Source: the human T2T-CHM13v2.0 reference genome, Homo sapiens. From it: a stretch of DNA of 64,000 bases. The translations under genes and the position numbers were made by a program. The number at the start of each line of letters is the position of its first letter. Within the stretch, counting starts at the first letter, position 1. The stretch lies in the NCBI RefSeq assembly GCF_009914755.1, contig NC_060931.1. The stretch is one strand, 5' to 3'. Of this stretch, positions 58,658 through 64,000 are shown piece after piece. A model generated the notes under the pieces. It saw nothing but the letters and a program-made list of their open reading frames with translations, was not told the origin of the DNA and made no database searches.

Positions 58658-59988
58658 AACGAAAACAGGTCCCAGTAAGCATTCTTGACAAGGACATCTG
58701 ATTTTCCAAAAGTAGGTAACTGATACCTATATTGGGATAGGCTGGAAAGCATTACATGAAAAGAAAATTGTTGATATGTCTTCCCATGCCTAGAATGGTT
58801 CCCAGTACACAGCAGGCAGGCACTCAAATAATTGTTCAACAAATGGCTATGATCTGATTAAGATTTTTCAGTATTTGAAGGGTAATTAGGTAGAAAACAA
58901 GTAAAGATCTTCTATGCTATTTAAGGTGGAAAATAGAGAGCTAAGGGTAAACTTCAGCTTTTTTAAAATACATATTTTAGTCATCAGTTGTCTGTCCAAT
59001 AATGCTACATGTTTTCTCAAAAAGACTGAGCTATCTGAACATGTTCCAGCATAAAAACCAGATGGCTATCTCAGAGGATTACTAAGGAATACACACACTA
59101 GGAACAGTAAAGGTTTCAAAGGTCTCCTACCCATCCAAAGGATTCACTCAGAGCATGTGTATTTGGATTAGGAAGAAACTTTTTCTAGAACAGTTTTCCT
59201 ATTTTGAAAAAAGAAAAAAAGGTTTTTTGGCAGCAATTGGGCTGGCAAGCCAAAACCTTACACATGACCTATGAGTAAATCAAAAGCTTAAATTCACTGG
59301 AACTCATAAAAACAAAAGAAACTATTCCACTGTGAAAAATGAATACCTTCAAAGACAATGGTGTGACAAAGACACAGAAATACTCAGAATAACATCCATT
59401 TGTTGCAGCATTTGTTTGCCACCTACAAAGAATAACTTTCAGATGCATTTTACCAACAGCAACAAAAAAAATAAAATGTATTTGATGGGAAGTTAATGCA
59501 CAAATTCACCTCGTTTTCCTAGAAAACCTCAAAGACATCTCGTGTTAATGTGTCAATATCCACAGATTTTTTTGGTGTAATTATGCCGTAATATTTTATC
59601 ATTGTGAATATTAAAACTACCCCACAGGCTCACTTGATATTTTCAATTTTTTCATCTAAAAAAACCATTTTTTCTAATACTGCTACAAAATAAAAATTTA
59701 GATAATTTTTTAAAGATTTAAAATTATTTTTAAACTCACTTTAGAAGTTTTAGTTTCTAAAAGCATGGAACTATTAAAATGCTAATATGGAAAGATGGGG
59801 GGGCAGGTGCCATAAGACTAAATACCACTGAATCAAAGGAAATTGATTGTCTAGATGATGTGGAAAATATAGCTTATAAAGTTAATGAGATCTTATTTAA
59901 GGCAAGAGAAACAATTTGCTCACTGACAACAAGGATGAATCAAAATGTTGTCATCAAGTATAACTAATCTAATTAAAAGTACAGCAAA

Positions 59989-60394
<406 letters not shown>

Positions 60395-60729
60395 TTAACA
60401 GCAAGTCTCAGTAAATTAGAAATAGGTTGAAAGAAATAAAAAAGAAGAATTCCAACAATTATAAGTTATACGCCAAGAAAAGCATGAACAGTCAACACAG
60501 TGAGTGTCCTGGAAACATTCCAGAGATTTGAGAGCTACGTAGGAGGATTTCTGATTGGGTAGGAGAGTACCATAAGATCCTTGAAACTCTGGAATTCACA
60601 AATTCGTATCTTCCACTATCTTAGCCCTTGATAACAAAAATATCACAATCCTTAAGCAGCAGATAAGGCTAATCCTTACACAGCAGCTTTAGTCAGAGAT
60701 TTCTTTACCATACCAGATGAAAGTGTCTT

Positions 60730-60831
60730 GGGCAACCCGCTGGGGTCCCCTTCCACACTTTGGAAGCTTTGTTCTTTTGCTCTTTGCAATAAATCTTGCT
60801 ACTGCTCACTCTTTGGAAAAAAAAAAAAAAA
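60730..60831 (+). mobile_element. Processed (L1-mobilised) LTR12/ERV9 RNA 3' end with poly(A) and 11-bp TSD
   Basis: GGCAACCCGCTGGGGTCCCCTTCCACAC...GCAATAAATCTTGCTACTGCTCACTCTTTGG followed by A15; TSD GAAAGTGTCTT at 60719-60729 and 60832-60842. Confidence 0.9.
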
Positions 60832-61119
60832 GAAAGTGTCTTAAAAAACCAATCAACAATAACCCTGAAAGTTTTCTAGGTTTTAAAGCAAGAATACTGC
60901 TTTAAACAACAAGAACAAAAGTCATTATAATTTTAGGGGAAATAGACATTCAGAAAACCTAGGTTTTAGTCCAGTTCTATCTCTAGTATCTATTTCTAAG
61001 GCTTTCTTTGGAAAAGAAATATTCTTTTCCTTGCCTATGAAGTTCTTTCCAAACTTACAAGGCTACGACGTACTCCTTGCTAATACGAATAAAAACAAAA
61101 CATTTGACAAATTACCACA

Positions 61120-61390
61120 AATTAAACACAGATCAAGTATGTCTAATGAAAATTTATCATCTGAATTGAGATGTGCCAGATACGTAAACTACACACTTGA
61201 GTTTGAAGATTCTGTGCAAAAAACGGAAACTATAGCATTAGTAGTGATTTCTATTGACCACATGTCAAAATAATATAATTTTAGATTAAATAAGACAAAC
61301 AAAATTAAAATTCATAACCTTTATAATGAGACTATTAGAAAATTTTGAATTATATAACATACGAAATTACATTTCCATTGTGTTGTACTA
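61120..61390. mobile_element. MER33/Charlie1 hAT fragment
   Basis: CAGATCAAGTAT...ATGAAAATTTA..TCTGAATTGAGATGTGC...TACACAC..GAGTTTGAAGA. Confidence 0.75.
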
Positions 61391-61694
61391 AACAGCCTGT
61401 TATGTACTGAAATCTTTCACAGTAAGATTTGTCAACCCTTTTTATTTTCCTACAACATCTATTAGATGTGTGGCCCATAATGGATAAGCAGGAATGAACA
61501 GAGAAACCTTTGTATGTAAGTAGAAAACAGAAACTAAATAAGACCAAAATTGACTCTCTGATTCATATACTAGCTCTATGCTATTAGAATTACATGTTAA
61601 AACCTCTTTTTTGGAAGTCATGGTAATACTGAAATATGGACCCAGTCAATTTTTTTTTAGTTTACAGCTGAAAAGCTAATTGACATACCCTATT

Positions 61695-61846
61695 TGTTAT
61701 GAGCTAAATTGTGCCCACCCACCCCCCCACTCCCACCAAATTCATAAGTTGAAGTCCTAACCCCCAGAACCTCAGAATATGGCTGTATTTGCAGACAGGA
61801 TCTTTAAAGAGATAAATATAGTACAGTGAAGTCAGATAGGTGGGCC
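61695..61846 (+). mobile_element. MLT1B/C 5' fragment abutting an antisense Alu 5' scrap (61847-61894) and an L1M tail
   Basis: TGTTATGAGCTAAATTGTGCCC...GTTGAAGTCCTAACCCCCAGAACCTCAGAAT. Confidence 0.75.
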
Positions 61847-62962
61847 TCTCCCAGATGGATGCTGGGAATACAGGTGAGAGCCACCACACGTGGCTAACTA
61901 TAGCACTTTTATTTGTCAATCATGCCTCAAAAAAGTTGAAAAAATAAAAATAAAAAGATCAGTATTCTTAGTAAACTGGAAATTAAAACCTCTGTAACTG
62001 CTGTGTCTTAAAAGTTTGTGAAATAAGTACATGGCAAATAACTGTTCTGAGTTTTGACTATTTACCTTTATTTTGGCCATAAAGTGTTTCAAGTAAATCA
62101 ACTTTACTTTTTTAAAAAAAGTTTAAAGCATATTAATTTCTGAACATAAATCTTCATGATAAAAACTGAAATGATCACAGGCACTGAAGAACAAAGCAAA
62201 AAGTTTAGATGTCTAAGACTATGCTGAAAAGGCACCTAGTTTACAAGGCCTCAAACAGCCATAGTACACCCTTACCAGTTAAATATTCTGTATTAATTTA
62301 AAAATAAAAACCTTTCAGATGAAAAGTTTAAAAAGACAAAAAATACTTAAAATGCTTGAATTCTTACATGTCACCATTACATGCTTTACACATATTGTTT
62401 AATTTTCACAACTCTCCTTGGAAAGTGTCATTCTCCCTATTTTAATAATGAGAAAATCACAATGTAAAGAACTGCAACCAGAATATATTAAAAAAAAAAA
62501 AAAACTCCTAAAATACGTTTTTATAAAAAAGGAAAGATAACCTAATTGAAACAATGAGTAAGAGCCATAAACACTTAAGACGAGCAAAAGTCAATAAACA
62601 CATTATGAGAAATCTGTCATAAGGAAAATGACAAAAATCATAGAGACATCTCTATACACCCACCACAATGGCTAAAATTTAAGAATAATAATTCTAAGGA
62701 TTGGCAAAGATCATTCTAGGTGGCAAATTTAGCATGAGCTAAGGGAAAACACTGAAGCAAGAACAAATGTTCCTATAAGGCAATAGTGGGTATGTGAGTT
62801 TACCTTAGGTGCAAAGAGGTGATTGTACCATCACAGTGACTACAGTTAATAAATAATATATTGTATGCTTGAAAACTGCCTTCAAGATAAGGACTTTAAC
62901 CTACAGTTGGTTGGCAAATCAGAACCATGACATCAATGACACAACTAAATGAGTTTTAAAGT

Positions 62963-63465
62963 ACAGTAGTTCCCCTTATCTGTATATAACCTACACACAC
63001 CCTCCTGTATACTTTAAATCATCTGTAGATTAGACTGTCTGTGGCCAGTTACGAACCCACCCACACAGTAGGGCAGGAAGGAGTGAAGCTGAGCTCCACC
63101 TCCTGTCATATCAGCAGGGCATTAGATTCTCACATGATCCCAAAGCCTATTGTGGACTGCACATGCAAAGGATCTAGGTCGCACACTCCTTATGAGAATC
63201 TAATGCCTGATGATCTGTCACTGTATTTATTACATGTAATAATAAATACCTACATACATTATATATTACAATGCAATAATAGAAATAAAGTGGACAATAA
63301 ATGTAATGGCTTGAGTCATCCTGAAACCACCACCACCCACCCCTCCAGTGGTCCATAGAAAAACTGTCTAATATAAAACCAGTTCCTGGTGCCAAAAAAA
63401 GTTGGGTGACTCGCTGCAGTGGAGTTCTTAGAATATATCACTCTAGGATATGGGGGGGATTACTG
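62963..63465. mobile_element. Nested DNA transposons: MER44/Tigger-type ends enclosing a MER2-like piece and MER1A (~63035-63417)
   Basis: TIR-like CAGTAGTTCCCCTTATC ... GATATGGGGGGGATTACTG; MER1A motifs GAGCTCCACCTCCTGTCA, CCTTATGAGAATCTAATGCCTGATGATCTG, CCTGGTGCCAAAAA. Confidence 0.75.
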
Positions 63466-63519
63466 TTTATAAAAAGCTGCTTTGTATAGAATGTTCCAAA
63501 GACAGAAGACACAGAAACT

Positions 63520-64000
63520 TTCAAAAACTATCTCTTTCTCTGCAATAAATGTCTCTTCCTCCACAATCTGATTCTACCCTCACTGTTCAACCACATTCTT
63601 CCAAAACCCTCATGAGCACTCTCCAACCTGGTCACACTCTCTCTCTCTCACCACCGTGTCCATTTTCACGTCCAGATGCAACACTGAGTTCTCTCTCTAG
63701 GATGGCCCATCACTTGCGATGCTCTTCTGGAAACCTCCCTGTGCTTCTCTCCATTTAAATCCAGTGCTCTTTTGCAGGCCCAGCTGATGTCTGACTCACC
63801 CCATGATTTATCTGCCGACTCCAGCCTGCCTCTCATCCCGGTGTCTACAGTTCCTATGTGGGTTCTACAATACATAATTCAGCATCTCACTGGAATCTTA
63901 TGTTTTGTTCTTGACACTCAATTAGCCCATAAACTCCTAGATAGAAGGGACCACTTCTTTCAATTTTGTATCCCCCTCAGCACCTAGTACCAAAGGGTAT
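63520..64000 (+). mobile_element. L2 3' region
   Basis: AAACTCCTAGATAGAAGGGACCAC...TTTGTATCCCCCTCAGCACCTAG. Confidence 0.7.

Noticed and set aside
59347-59422. Possible 76-nt - strand exon (TTCTTTGTAG ... AAG/GTATTC)
   Set aside because: Weak donor, short pyrimidine tract, unrecognisable peptide, and phase incompatible with the preferred microexon frame; cannot be supported without junction data.

Overview
Primate (human-like) nuclear DNA: AluJ/S/Y, L1PA, THE1, LTR12 and MER1 elements are all present. Roughly half of the window is interspersed repeats, with no CpG island and no long genuine CDS. The + strand is A-rich and most L1s lie on +, which suggests a large intron of a gene transcribed on the - strand. 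I could not identify that gene. The only convincing exon is a 28-nt - strand microexon at 54078-54105, with an open reading of (G)DELLFPLA(R). The most unusual object is a non-Alu composite inverted duplication. A 315-bp insert (7563-7877) splits an ancient L2 and is built from reverse-complement copies of two separate downstream segments: 8594-8651 (50/58 identical) and 9132-9392 (about 88% identical, with perfect 56-bp and 41-bp stems). It could form a ~257-bp intronic dsRNA plus a crossing or competing helix whose partner is a G-quadruplex motif. Other oddities: a 106-bp templated direct insertion (51656/52092), an 87-nt polyadenylated LTR12 retrocopy with a perfect target-site duplication (TSD), a tailless U6 fragment, a ~960-bp AT-rich minisatellite block, and a degenerate ERVL pol ORF. 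Repeat subfamily names come from recalled consensus sequences, alignments were done by hand, and boundaries are approximate.
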